Source of the DNA: an uncultured virus (IMG/VR IMGVR_UViG_3300042477_000445)
Lineage: Duplodnaviria; Heunggongvirae; Uroviricota; Caudoviricetes
Length of the DNA: 64,000 bases
Strand: one strand, 5' to 3'
IMG/VR virus record: IMGVR_UViG_3300042477_000445
Coordinates: 1-64,000 of that record
Shown piece by piece: positions 32,269-42,710 of this stretch; position 1 is the first letter of the stretch; each line of letters opens with the position of its first letter. The position numbers and the translations under genes are program-made. Under the pieces are notes generated by a model. It made no database searches and had not been told where the DNA came from. It saw only the letters and a list, made by a program, of their open reading frames with translations.

Positions 32269-34599
32269 ATGGCAACACCTAAAACCTCACCAAAAGCTAA
32301 AGAAACATTCCCAAACGGAAATGTAATAGATGTTAATAAATTATTAGATCCAAGCGTTTCTGTATCAAATCAGTTTGAGGATAAGATAAGAAAAGCAGTA
32401 AAATTTATAAATGATATAAATGTTTATACTTTTGATTTTAAACAAGCGGAAGAAACAAAAAAGTTTTTTAAAGATTTTAAACTTACAGAGTATGGAGCAA
32501 AAACAGGTCCAGAACCACCAAAATTTATTTATGATGTAATAAAAACAAACATCATTGATCAATTATATAATTTCTTTAATAATATATTAAAAGAAGATTT
32601 TAAACAACTTGGATTGTCTCCAAATCAATTATTTAAGCAATTAATAGTTGGTCTTAAGGTAAAAACTTATGATCCAAAAGTGAAAGCAATAATTGATGAA
32701 AAAGCAAAAAATTTTAATACGAATCCTATTCCTGCATCTTTATTCATAAATTATGTTTATGATAATCCAAATGTATTGATTCCAAAAACAAGAATACCAA
32801 AACTTCTATTTATCACTGGTGATTCAAATCAATTTTATGATACTTCTCCAATAGTCATAAATCAAGAAGAAATAATTAAATATTTAAATATAAAAAATGC
32901 TCCTTTTGAGCAAATTGGATTTAAAATAGAAAATTATTTCTTATATAAAATAATTGATTCTAAAAAGTCAACTGAAAAATTAAGTGAAAAAACCGCAGAG
33001 GAGTATTTAAAAACAGTTAAGGAAATTTATCAGAGTTTTTTATTCGATATTGATCAAGTTTTTAATAAAGAGTCTGTTAATTCGCCAGCTGCTAAACAAA
33101 AAGTAAAAAATGCCATACAATTAGTAATAAACAAAATCAATGAAATTGATTCATATATTGCTATAAACGAAAATAAGATAATTTTTCCTCCTCAAGAACA
33201 AATTAAAGATAAAAAAGATTTATATAATTTTATTGTTAAATACGGATTGGATCAAAAAAATTTAATTGAGTCTCTTAAAGATATTTCATTAAATGCCATA
33301 AAATTAATGGAGCAAATAGGGCCTCTTTTACCCAAAAGTCCAAATCAAACATCTTCTGGATATTCAGAAACGCTAAAAGAGTTTGAAAAATTTTTAATAG
33401 ATCCACTATTTCAAACAATAGATAGAAGATATAAAGATTTTGTAAAATATTATACAAAATTAGAAGAGGAAATAGGCAAAAAAGTATTACCATATTTAAA
33501 AATTCTTTCTACATCATTTGTAAAATTTCCAATATACAAATATACAGAAGAGTTAGTAAATCCAAAATTTTATGGACCAACTCCAGATTTGGATATAGAT
33601 TTATTATATGATAAAAAAGTTGATATATATAAAAACAAAGACCCAAAACTTTTGTTTACTTTTCAAAAACCTCAACTTTTATCGCATGAGAAAATATTAG
33701 TCCCAATTTTTAATAAAGAAGGAAAAAATAATTATAAACCATCAAAAGAGCAAGAATTTATTAACGCTCTACAACCAACAAAAATATTTGTTTATAGAGC
33801 AGATTATGAAATAAAAAACCTAACTCCTGATTTATTATCTGATGGAAATTTGTTAAAAGAATTAGATGTAAAAAGTGATAATTTATCTTTTTATGATATT
33901 TTAGAACCAAATAAAAATTATTATTATTTTTACGTTTCTAAATTTACAAAACCAACTGATGAAACAGTTTATTTAATAGACAACAACTATGTTATTATAA
34001 GCGGAGAAGATTTATATTGGTTTTGCTCTCCAATTATAAAAGTTAAATTAGTTAAAGACTCAAATTTTTATTTTCTTGAAACTGATACTTTGACTGAAAA
34101 TGATTTTATAGAAACAAAATATGAAGAAAGTTTTAAAAACAAGATATCAATAACACCAAAATCAAAACCTTTTGGTTATGGTGGTAGTAGCTTTGCAAGC
34201 GGTCAAGAAAACTATTTAAAAATTAGAGTTACATCTTCGAAAACAAATAAAAAATTAGATTTAAATCTAAAATATACAATTAACAAAGAAAAGAAAAATA
34301 TGAAAAATTATGAAAAAGAAAAACTAAAACCAGAAATGGTAGAAGATCTAAACGATGAAATAGTAAAAAATATTATAAAAAGCAAATTTAAAAATCAAAA
34401 TGTAACAGAACTTATAAACAACATAGTAAAAGCGGAAGAAAGTTCATTAAAGATTGAAACAACTAATTTAAAAATACCTGTTAATTCTGTTCTAAATACA
34501 GCGTTAGCAGAGGCGATTATTATAGAATCAACAATAAATACTATAGATAATGTAGATAAAGAAATTGATGCAATAGGAAAATTGTTTCCAAAAAAATAA
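32269..34599 (+). CDS. Hypothetical protein
   Basis: Long ORF in the structural module. Confidence 0.6.
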   Translation: MATPKTSPKAKETFPNGNVIDVNKLLDPSVSVSNQFEDKIRKAVKFINDINVYTFDFKQAEETKKFFKDFKLTEYGAKTGPEPPKFIYDVIKTNIIDQLYNFFNNILKEDFKQLGLSPNQLFKQLIVGLKVKTYDPKVKAIIDEKAKNFNTNPIPASLFINYVYDNPNVLIPKTRIPKLLFITGDSNQFYDTSPIVINQEEIIKYLNIKNAPFEQIGFKIENYFLYKIIDSKKSTEKLSEKTAEEYLKTVKEIYQSFLFDIDQVFNKESVNSPAAKQKVKNAIQLVINKINEIDSYIAINENKIIFPPQEQIKDKKDLYNFIVKYGLDQKNLIESLKDISLNAIKLMEQIGPLLPKSPNQTSSGYSETLKEFEKFLIDPLFQTIDRRYKDFVKYYTKLEEEIGKKVLPYLKILSTSFVKFPIYKYTEELVNPKFYGPTPDLDIDLLYDKKVDIYKNKDPKLLFTFQKPQLLSHEKILVPIFNKEGKNNYKPSKEQEFINALQPTKIFVYRADYEIKNLTPDLLSDGNLLKELDVKSDNLSFYDILEPNKNYYYFYVSKFTKPTDETVYLIDNNYVIISGEDLYWFCSPIIKVKLVKDSNFYFLETDTLTENDFIETKYEESFKNKISITPKSKPFGYGGSSFASGQENYLKIRVTSSKTNKKLDLNLKYTINKEKKNMKNYEKEKLKPEMVEDLNDEIVKNIIKSKFKNQNVTELINNIVKAEESSLKIETTNLKIPVNSVLNTALAEAIIIESTINTIDNVDKEIDAIGKLFPKK

Positions 34600-34612
34600 A
34601 AAGCAATTTCAT

Positions 34613-34620
34613 ACTATTTA
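34613..34620 (+). promoter_or_regulatory. Putative late promoter motif ACTATTTA
   Basis: Intergenic, followed by AGGAG RBS and ATG 34642; recurs before other late genes. Confidence 0.65.
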
Positions 34621-34641
34621 GTAAAGAGCAGGAGATAAAAA

Positions 34642-35709
34642 ATGTCATTTTTAAATAACAGCGGTGATATAATTGTAGATGCGGTATTGACTGATGTAGG
34701 CAGACAAAAATTAGCTCAAGGTGGCGGAAATTTTTTAGTGACGAAATTTGCCCTCGGTGATGCAGAAATTGACTATAGATTATATAATATAAACAATCCA
34801 AGTGGTTCTGCATATTATGATTTAAGCATACTACAAACGCCCATATTTGAACCTTCTACATATGCAGTAGCAGACCTAACAAGCAAGTTAATAACTTTAA
34901 CAGATAATAATTTATTATATCTTCCAGCGATGAAGTTGAATCAAAGTCAATTTACAACACAAACTCCAGTTTTAACAATTGATTCAAATACAGAAGCTCT
35001 TGATCTAATTGCCACTGACAACTTTGCGACTTTTATTTCCAACAATGTAACAACAAGTTTGTTGGACGGAAGAATTAATTTACCAAGCAATGTTGCAAAT
35101 CCAGCAAACAATTTAGCATCCTCTGTAGCGTTTAGAAGTTCAGAGTTGGTGAAAAGAATAGTTAAAGTTTCTCAAGGATTTGATAACCCATTAACAAATG
35201 TTTCTTTGAAAAACAACGGTACAAATCAGAATCCAGACCTAGAAGAAACATCTTTTTCTATTTATGTAAACAGACTTTTCTTACAAGTTGGAGACAACAA
35301 CTTACAAACAGATACTGTTTTGCCAGTCTTTTCTACAAACACATTTAATAGAACTCAAACATCTGATGTCTATAAAGTGGATGTAGTTAATAATCCAAAT
35401 TTCTTTGGTGAAGTAGAAACATATAATGACGGAACTGTCACAAAATTAGCAACAAGTTTAAATGCGCTTGGTATTGATCAGGTTGGAAAAGAATTACAAT
35501 TTTCTTTAAAAATTTCTAATATTTTAGCAAGCAATCCATCATATTACTTTACTACATTTGGTTCTGCTCTAGGAACTGGTTATATTGTTTCGGGAAAAAC
35601 ACTATCTAGTTCTGATAGTATTTATATGATTTCTACAACAGTAAGAGTGGTTGGTAATACATATGGGTACTCTATTGATATACCAGTCAAATTATTTTAT
35701 AAGGCATAA
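34642..35709 (+). CDS. Virion structural protein (tail-collar/baseplate-like N-terminus)
   Basis: IVDAVLTDVGRQKLAQG-FLVTKFALGDAEIDY. Confidence 0.7.
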   Translation: MSFLNNSGDIIVDAVLTDVGRQKLAQGGGNFLVTKFALGDAEIDYRLYNINNPSGSAYYDLSILQTPIFEPSTYAVADLTSKLITLTDNNLLYLPAMKLNQSQFTTQTPVLTIDSNTEALDLIATDNFATFISNNVTTSLLDGRINLPSNVANPANNLASSVAFRSSELVKRIVKVSQGFDNPLTNVSLKNNGTNQNPDLEETSFSIYVNRLFLQVGDNNLQTDTVLPVFSTNTFNRTQTSDVYKVDVVNNPNFFGEVETYNDGTVTKLATSLNALGIDQVGKELQFSLKISNILASNPSYYFTTFGSALGTGYIVSGKTLSSSDSIYMISTTVRVVGNTYGYSIDIPVKLFYKA

Positions 35710-35721
35710 CGGAGAAAAATA

Positions 35722-36765
35722 ATGATTTATACAACATTAACAGCAGATCAGATTTCTACTGCCAGAGAAACACTTTATGAGTCAATTCCAATTACAGGAA
35801 CTCTTGTTTCTGGGACATACGGAACTTATCCAGATGATACAAACGTTTTAAAGTATACAGCAAGTCATGGATTGTTTGAATCTGTATATGATTATCCGTA
35901 TGCCAGTTCTTCGGCAAATAGTATATTTGATCTTACATACGGAGTTAGAAGCGGAAGTTCATTGACACCAGTAACACAGTCTGCTGAGAAATACAGAATT
36001 TATAAAGAGATGGCTCAAACTTTATTTGGATTTGATGTAACTGGTAATGTTAAAAACTTTGTTATTAACGGATCAACTGTAGACAGAATGTTTTTTGTTA
36101 ATTTTTCTCGTCTTTTAACAAAAGACGGAATTAAAATTGGTAGTTTTTCTGCTTCTATGGGCACAAGTTCTTGGACAGCTCATAAATTTGCAGGTCCTCT
36201 ATTACAAATGAGTGACAATCCCAGCTCTACATATTTAACTGTTAACAGCGATTCTCCAGTAGGTCAATATTGGAAAATATATAGCGGCTCAACATATACA
36301 GACGCAAATCAAATTGGTTTCTTGTTTTACCAACAAGGAGTTTTAGCTTTAAATCAAGGTAATTCTGTATTTAATTCTTTGGCTTATAGCAGTTCGGTTT
36401 CAAACCCTCCAGGAGGTTATTTAAGTGGTTCGTTATTGGCATCTACGGGAACTATTACTGAAATCTCTGATGCATTTAGAAAACACGTTAATAATCTTCA
36501 ATTTCAAAACACTGTTCAAATTAATTCAACAATTTATAATTGCCAAGTTGGATTAAATCAATACAATTACAGTTCAAACATCACATATACATCTGCAAGT
36601 CAAATTGTTGTTAAGAATAGTGTTATTGACACTCCAGTAACTTATATAACAACAGTTGGTTTATATGATGACACAGATCAGCTTTTAGCAGTTGCTAAAC
36701 TATCAGAACCACTAAGAAAGACCTCTGCCGATTCAATTAATTTAAGAGTAAGATTGGATTATTAA
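35722..36765 (+). CDS. Virion structural protein
   Basis: C-terminal YITTVGLYDD--QLLAVAKLSEPLRK...VRLDY. Confidence 0.7.
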   Translation: MIYTTLTADQISTARETLYESIPITGTLVSGTYGTYPDDTNVLKYTASHGLFESVYDYPYASSSANSIFDLTYGVRSGSSLTPVTQSAEKYRIYKEMAQTLFGFDVTGNVKNFVINGSTVDRMFFVNFSRLLTKDGIKIGSFSASMGTSSWTAHKFAGPLLQMSDNPSSTYLTVNSDSPVGQYWKIYSGSTYTDANQIGFLFYQQGVLALNQGNSVFNSLAYSSSVSNPPGGYLSGSLLASTGTITEISDAFRKHVNNLQFQNTVQINSTIYNCQVGLNQYNYSSNITYTSASQIVVKNSVIDTPVTYITTVGLYDDTDQLLAVAKLSEPLRKTSADSINLRVRLDY

Positions 36766-36771
36766 AAGTGT

Positions 36772-38019
36772 ATGAAAAAACTTACAAACAATGACATATT
36801 TTATAATGATATTTTGGCTAAACCAAAATATGTTATAACTATGCAATCTGGTTCTTTAAGAATTAATGATCAAATTAATCAGAATCAAGAGAAAAGTTCT
36901 TCTATATCGATCATAGAATATCCAAGAACATATTCATATGAAAGCTCAAATAAAGCAAACTATTCTGGCTCATATCAATATAGTTCCTCTATCAATAGAG
37001 AATTTATATATGCAACAAGTTCTATATTTGGAACAATTTTTAACTCAAATTACACGGACTATTCCTCTCTAAAGAAAATTTTAGTTTTAAAAAATGTTTT
37101 TAAAGATTATGTCATAGAAAATGAATATGCAAAAATTGACTATTATCTTTTAAACAACGGCTTACCATTGGTGCAAAAAGTAGAACCTGGTGATACAATA
37201 AACAAGTCTTTAGATATAAACAAATATGCATATTATATTAGACCCTCTTCTTCAATAAATTTAATTACAATTCCAAACTTCTTCTATGGAAGTTATATAA
37301 ACCCTGGAAGTGTTCATTTAAATATGTATGTCTCTGGCGTATTAACTGCGTCTGCGGTAGATACTAATAAAAATGGTAAATTGATACAAACATACGGCGG
37401 AACAACGGGTAGTGTTGTAGGAAGTGTTTTTTACGATCATGGAATAATACTTTTAACTGGATCACAGCAACTTTCTAGTCAGCAAGCTCCATACATACAA
37501 CCACTTACATCATCTAACTCAGCGGTAAATGATTATTTGAAATGGATACACTTTGGGTCTTATATCGGAGTTACTGGATCTGCTCCAGAAACAAAATATG
37601 AATTGACATTTCAAGGAACAAATTATGTTCCAACATTAACGATGTTTTGTCACGCAGAAAAAAATGAATTATTTTGGAGCAACAATAGATCATTTATAGA
37701 AGCAGGACAGGGTGAAGAATTATATGTTGGACAGTCAACTTCTTCTATGAACAACAGTGGTCAAGTTTATTACGCAGAAAGCGGAAGTTTTTTATTGCCC
37801 TCTGACAATACGTTTAAAGAAAATCCATATGTTATAATCAAAAATACAATTTCTAGTTCTTTTGCTCATTACAGTGCATCCTACCAACCACAAGTATTCA
37901 TCAGTCAAATTGGTATTTATGATGAAGAAAAAAATCTAATAGGTATTGCTAAATTAGCAAATCCGGTGAGAAAAACAAAAGAATTGGATTATACATTTAA
38001 ACTTAAGATTGATATGTAA
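36772..38019 (+). CDS. Virion structural protein, paralog of the preceding gene
   Basis: C-terminal FISQIGIYDE--NLIGIAKLANPVRK...LKIDM. Confidence 0.7.
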   Translation: MKKLTNNDIFYNDILAKPKYVITMQSGSLRINDQINQNQEKSSSISIIEYPRTYSYESSNKANYSGSYQYSSSINREFIYATSSIFGTIFNSNYTDYSSLKKILVLKNVFKDYVIENEYAKIDYYLLNNGLPLVQKVEPGDTINKSLDINKYAYYIRPSSSINLITIPNFFYGSYINPGSVHLNMYVSGVLTASAVDTNKNGKLIQTYGGTTGSVVGSVFYDHGIILLTGSQQLSSQQAPYIQPLTSSNSAVNDYLKWIHFGSYIGVTGSAPETKYELTFQGTNYVPTLTMFCHAEKNELFWSNNRSFIEAGQGEELYVGQSTSSMNNSGQVYYAESGSFLLPSDNTFKENPYVIIKNTISSSFAHYSASYQPQVFISQIGIYDEEKNLIGIAKLANPVRKTKELDYTFKLKIDM

Positions 38020-38025
38020 TATAAT
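37997..38025 (+). promoter_or_regulatory. Possible sigma70-type promoter for the resolvase-primase-nuclease operon
   Basis: TTAAAC (37997-38002), 17-nt spacer, perfect TATAAT (38020-38025); the -35 is weak and the DNA is AT-rich. Confidence 0.4.
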
Positions 38026-38031
38026 GTTTTT

Positions 38032-38556
38032 ATGATTTTAGGACTTGATATTTCAACAACAACCACCGCCTTTACTGTCTTAGACGAAGATGGTAAGATT
38101 GTCTTATGCGAAGCGGTGAGATTAGAAAAACTTAAAGATCTATTTGTTAAAGCTTCAAACATTAAAAAGTATGTCGAAAATATCAACAAAACATACGATA
38201 TTAAAGCAGTCTATGTAGAAGAGCCTCTCATGTCTTTCTCTGCTGGAATGTCTTCTGCTAAAACAATTTCAACACTAATGAGGTTCAATGGCATTGTGTC
38301 TTGGATCTGTTGTGATGTGATAGGTTTGGATCCTCAGTTTATCTCCGCAGGAACAGCGAGGAAAATGTATGGGATTAAACTGGAAAAAGGTAAGAAGGCA
38401 AAAGAAGTCGTATTTGAAGCAGTGCTTGACCGAGAACCCGACTTCAAGGTAGAATACACCGCCCATGGCAATCCAGTACCTGGATCTATGGATAGAAGCG
38501 ATAGTTTTATTATTGCTAAAGCCGGTTATTTACAATGGAAATCACTGAAAAGTTAA
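38032..38556 (+). CDS. RuvC-like Holliday junction resolvase
   Basis: ILGLDIS, VYVEEP and DRSDS acidic catalytic residues. Confidence 0.85.
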   Translation: MILGLDISTTTTAFTVLDEDGKIVLCEAVRLEKLKDLFVKASNIKKYVENINKTYDIKAVYVEEPLMSFSAGMSSAKTISTLMRFNGIVSWICCDVIGLDPQFISAGTARKMYGIKLEKGKKAKEVVFEAVLDREPDFKVEYTAHGNPVPGSMDRSDSFIIAKAGYLQWKSLKS

Positions 38557-39473
38557 ACATAGTTAGTTCATTTCTTGGGGATTATCACAAGACAGGAAAT
38601 GAATTTTTATTTTTTTGTCCCTTCTGTAAACATCACAAAAGAAAAATGTCCCTTAACTTTGACAAGGGCAAGTATAAATGTTGGGTCTGTGATACAGCAG
38701 GCAACATTCGCAAACTTGTTCGAAAGAAAGGTACATTTGAAGCATTCCAAAAGTGGAAGATGCTTGATGGTGAAATTGACCTAAATACAAATTTAGATGA
38801 TCTATTCTTAGACAAAGAGGAGTCTATCGAGGAAATCTTCTCTCTACCAGAGAAGTTCGTTTCTCTTACTGGTCTAGAGCATTCTCTTGCCCATACAAAG
38901 CCTTTAAACTATCTTAAGAAGCGAGGACTTACACAGCAGGATATTCTTTATTGGAAAGTGGGATTCTGTTTTGACGGAGAATATAAAAACAGAGTTGTCT
39001 TCCCGTCTTTCAACTCTAACGGAGACTTAAATTATTTTGTTGGTAGAACGATTACGGGTGAAAAATTTAATAAATTCAAGATGCCACCAGCATCCAAAGA
39101 TATTGTTTTTAATGAGTTGTATCTTGATTTTGACTCCGACATAATACTTACGGAGGGAATATTTGATGCCGTAAAGGCAGGACAGAATTCTGTTCCTCTT
39201 CTTGGTTCAACTCTAAGAGAAGAAAACAAACTTTTTCAAAGGATTGTAAATTATGATACGGCAGTTTATCTTGCTCTTGATCCAGATGCGAAGAAAAAAG
39301 AAAATGAACTCATTAAAAAATTCATTAACTACGGAGTCGAAACATACAAAGTAGAAATTTCTCCATACAAAGACGCAGGAGAAATGACAAAAGAAGAATT
39401 CCAAAAACGAAAGTCAGAAGCAAAACGAATGACTTATGAAACACTACTACAACAAGAATTAGAGGTTGCTTGA
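38535..39473 (+). CDS. DNA primase (zinc finger + TOPRIM)
   Basis: CPFC...CWVC, YLKKRG, RVVFP, YFVGR, TEGIFDA, LDPDA, KDAGE. Confidence 0.92.
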   Translation: MEITEKLNIVSSFLGDYHKTGNEFLFFCPFCKHHKRKMSLNFDKGKYKCWVCDTAGNIRKLVRKKGTFEAFQKWKMLDGEIDLNTNLDDLFLDKEESIEEIFSLPEKFVSLTGLEHSLAHTKPLNYLKKRGLTQQDILYWKVGFCFDGEYKNRVVFPSFNSNGDLNYFVGRTITGEKFNKFKMPPASKDIVFNELYLDFDSDIILTEGIFDAVKAGQNSVPLLGSTLREENKLFQRIVNYDTAVYLALDPDAKKKENELIKKFINYGVETYKVEISPYKDAGEMTKEEFQKRKSEAKRMTYETLLQQELEVA

Positions 39474-42400
39474 TGAAATTTGCCCACATAGCAGACATTC
39501 ACATTAAAAATTTAAAACACCACAACACTTACGAACATATTTTTGGGCAACTATACAATGCCGTAGAAAAAGAAGAAGTTGATTGTATCGTATGTTGCGG
39601 AGACATTGCTCATACGAAAACAAACATTTCACCAGAATTTGTTGAGATGGCAAGTAGATTATTTAACAATCTTGCCGACATTGCTCCTCTTTATATTATT
39701 CTCGGCAATCACGACGGCAACTTAAAGAATGCCGATAGACAGGATGCTATTACTCCAATTGTGGAAGCAATCAATAATCCAAGAATTAAGTTGCTTAAAA
39801 ACTCCGGTGAGTTTCATATCAACGAAGAATTTTGTTTAAATGTTTTATCGATCTTTGATCGAGATAACTGGATTAAACCATCAAACCCAGATAAAATTAA
39901 CATTGCTCTTTACCACGGGGCAATTCAAGGAGCAAAAACGGATACTGGTTGGGCGATGAAAGATACGGACGATAGTATCAACATCTTTGATGATTTTGAT
40001 TTTGCTTTTCTTGGAGACATTCATAAACAACAATTTTTAACAGATAGAGTTGCCTATTGTGGTTCAACAATTCAACAGAATTTTGGAGAAGAGATAAACA
40101 AAGGTATTCTTGTATGGACAATCAAAGACAAGAAAAACTTCTCTGTTAAACCAGTTAACTTTCAAAATCCAAGTCCTTTTATAACTTGTGAATATTCTGG
40201 TGTTAATCCAGTGGTTCCTGCGGGTTCAAATGTTAGAATTGTTTTAGATAAGTATTATGATCAAGAGTTCATTGAAAAACTCAAGAGAGATATTCAACTT
40301 CGTTGTAATATAAAGTCAATTCTCATAGTTAATAAACATGCGAAGGAAGTAGAAAACAAAGTAGAAGATACCGATAAAACAAAATTAAACTTGAGAGACA
40401 ATAATGTTCAGCAGGATCTAATCAAAGAGTTCTTGTCCTCTGAGAATCTTACAGATGAACAATTACAACAGGTCCTAGATATTAATACCAAGTTTAACCT
40501 TGATGCTGAAATCAAAGACGAAACAGCAAGAAATGTTAAGTGGGAACTGGCAAAGTTTGAATGGGACAATCTGTTCAACTACAAAGAAGGGAATAAACTA
40601 GATTTCTCTGAACTATCTGGTATTGTTGGTATTTTCGGTAAAAACTATTCAGGAAAATCAAGTGTAATCGATAGTTTACTTTATACTCTGTTTAATACCA
40701 CATCAAAGAATATTCGTAAGAATTTTGATGTGATAAATGAAAGAAAGAATTCTGGTAAAGGTAGAATTGAAATAAAAACGGGCAACGGAGAATATGTTGT
40801 TTTAAGAGAGACAGAAAAGAATATTAAGAAGTCAAAGGGCAAACTGGTTGAAGAAGGAAAGACTTCTGTTGATTTTGAGTTTACAGATGTTTCTTTGAAT
40901 ATTAATTCTTTAAACGGAAATGATAGAAACGAGACAGATAAGAACATTCGCAAGGAAATAGGAACCTATGAGGACTTTTGTAATACCTCCTTATCAACTC
41001 AACATGGATCCCTTGATTTCATTAATGAAGGTTCGGCAAGAAGAAAAGAAATCTTAGCGAATTTTCTTGATCTTCAAATATTTGAAAATAAATATAAACC
41101 AGCGAATCAATATGCAAATGAACTTAAGTCTTTAATTAAAAAATTAGAGATAAAAGATTATTCAAAGATTCTTGTAGATATTCATTTTAAGCACCATGCT
41201 TCTCTTAATGTTTTGTCAGAGGTAAATGAGTCTGTTGAGTCGTTAAAACAAGAACAAGAGTTATTACAGGACAAACTCAACAAATTAACAGCAGATCTAG
41301 CAAAAGTAGAGGACCCAATTGATATTGAGAAGATTACTTCTTTACAAGAACAACTTAACTCTAAATTATCTCAAATAGAATCTTTGATCAGTGATAAAAA
41401 AACTGAACTAAAAACTCACGAAGATACAATTGCTAAGATTAATGAAGTCATTGAAAGACTAAATGTTGAAGAACTTAAAAAGAAACAAGAAACCTCCAAG
41501 AAAATTACAAAAGAAATCGATGCGATCTTGTATGATAAGAAACTAAAAAATAATTCTTTATCAATCTACAAGAAGTCAGCAGGACTTATAGAGACTGTAC
41601 CCTGCGGGAAAGATCAATACAAAGATTGTTCTTTTAAAAAGAATGCTTATGAATCATTAGAAGAGATTTCAATTGTTGAACTTGCTCTAAAGTCTCTAGA
41701 AGAAAAAGAAGAATTATTAAAAGGTGATCTTCTTAAGTTAGATACTGATAAAGTAAATGAATACTTAGACAAATATTCTAAACTTCAAATTAAGTCTGGC
41801 GACTCCTCAAAGAAAGTTGCTTCTCTTTTAAAAGAATTAGTTGATTTACAAGCAAAGCAATCAAAGATTCAGGAAGAACAGAAAGAAAACGAGAAACTAA
41901 TGATTCGCTACGAATCAAATAGAGAACTGTACGAAAACATTGGTGAATTAGAAAAACAAAAAGAATCATTAATTAAAAGCAAATCATCTTCATTTGTCCA
42001 ATTAAAAGAAGAAGAAAACAGACAGAAGAAGGCAATTGCCGATCTTGCTTCAATTGAACAGCAAATAGATTCTTATGAGGAGCAAATTGAAGAACTTAAT
42101 AGATTAAAAAAAGAATACTCGTCTTATGAATTATTCCTTAAGTGTACACATAATAGCGGAATACCATTTGAATTAATCAAGAGAACTCTTCCGATTATTA
42201 ACGAAGAAATTAATTCATTGCTAGCAAATATTGTAGAATTTGAGGCAAGTTTTCAGAATGAAGATGGCAAGTTAGAGATCTATATTAAACATCCTAATTC
42301 TTCTCCAAGAGCAATCGAAAACTGTTCGGGAGCAGAGAAGTCTCTAGTTGCTATGGCAATTAGATTAGCATTGATTAAATGCGGTAGTTTGCCCGTAAGC

Positions 42401-42595
42401 AACTTGTTTATTCTCGATGAACCAGCAACATCTCTTGATGCTGACCACTTAGAGAGTTTTATTAAGGTTCTAGAAATGATTAAAACACAATTTAAGCTTG
42501 TATTATTAATCACTCACCTAGATACATTAAAAGATTCGGTTGATAAAATAATTGAGATCAACAAGGACGAAGAGGGATTTGCGTATTTCAACTAA
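39473..42595 (+). CDS. Fused Mre11/SbcD nuclease + Rad50/SbcC ATPase (T4 gp47-gp46-like)
   Basis: ADIH, GDIAH, GNHD, GDIH in the N-terminal part; Walker A GKNYSGKS, coiled coil, CSGAEK signature, ILDEP, ITH. Confidence 0.93.
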   Translation: MKFAHIADIHIKNLKHHNTYEHIFGQLYNAVEKEEVDCIVCCGDIAHTKTNISPEFVEMASRLFNNLADIAPLYIILGNHDGNLKNADRQDAITPIVEAINNPRIKLLKNSGEFHINEEFCLNVLSIFDRDNWIKPSNPDKINIALYHGAIQGAKTDTGWAMKDTDDSINIFDDFDFAFLGDIHKQQFLTDRVAYCGSTIQQNFGEEINKGILVWTIKDKKNFSVKPVNFQNPSPFITCEYSGVNPVVPAGSNVRIVLDKYYDQEFIEKLKRDIQLRCNIKSILIVNKHAKEVENKVEDTDKTKLNLRDNNVQQDLIKEFLSSENLTDEQLQQVLDINTKFNLDAEIKDETARNVKWELAKFEWDNLFNYKEGNKLDFSELSGIVGIFGKNYSGKSSVIDSLLYTLFNTTSKNIRKNFDVINERKNSGKGRIEIKTGNGEYVVLRETEKNIKKSKGKLVEEGKTSVDFEFTDVSLNINSLNGNDRNETDKNIRKEIGTYEDFCNTSLSTQHGSLDFINEGSARRKEILANFLDLQIFENKYKPANQYANELKSLIKKLEIKDYSKILVDIHFKHHASLNVLSEVNESVESLKQEQELLQDKLNKLTADLAKVEDPIDIEKITSLQEQLNSKLSQIESLISDKKTELKTHEDTIAKINEVIERLNVEELKKKQETSKKITKEIDAILYDKKLKNNSLSIYKKSAGLIETVPCGKDQYKDCSFKKNAYESLEEISIVELALKSLEEKEELLKGDLLKLDTDKVNEYLDKYSKLQIKSGDSSKKVASLLKELVDLQAKQSKIQEEQKENEKLMIRYESNRELYENIGELEKQKESLIKSKSSSFVQLKEEENRQKKAIADLASIEQQIDSYEEQIEELNRLKKEYSSYELFLKCTHNSGIPFELIKRTLPIINEEINSLLANIVEFEASFQNEDGKLEIYIKHPNSSPRAIENCSGAEKSLVAMAIRLALIKCGSLPVSNLFILDEPATSLDADHLESFIKVLEMIKTQFKLVLLITHLDTLKDSVDKIIEINKDEEGFAYFN

Positions 42596-42602
42596 CTATT
42601 TA
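42595..42602 (+). promoter_or_regulatory. Putative late promoter motif ACTATTTA
   Basis: Followed by AGGAGG RBS and ATG 42625. Confidence 0.65.
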
Positions 42603-42624
42603 TATCACCACTAGGAGGTGCATC

Positions 42625-42693
42625 ATGGCAAAAGGTAATGGAAATGGCAAAAAGCCAGAAAAGAAAGAAGTAAAGAAACCAGTTAAGAAATAA
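42625..42693 (+). CDS. 22-aa Lys-rich peptide MAKGNGNGKKPEKKEVKKPVKK (not in ORF track)
   Basis: Perfect AGGAGG RBS, upstream motif and downstream terminator. Confidence 0.7.
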   Translation: MAKGNGNGKKPEKKEVKKPVKK

Positions 42694-42710
42694 TTTTTCT
42701 TCACTTCTAG

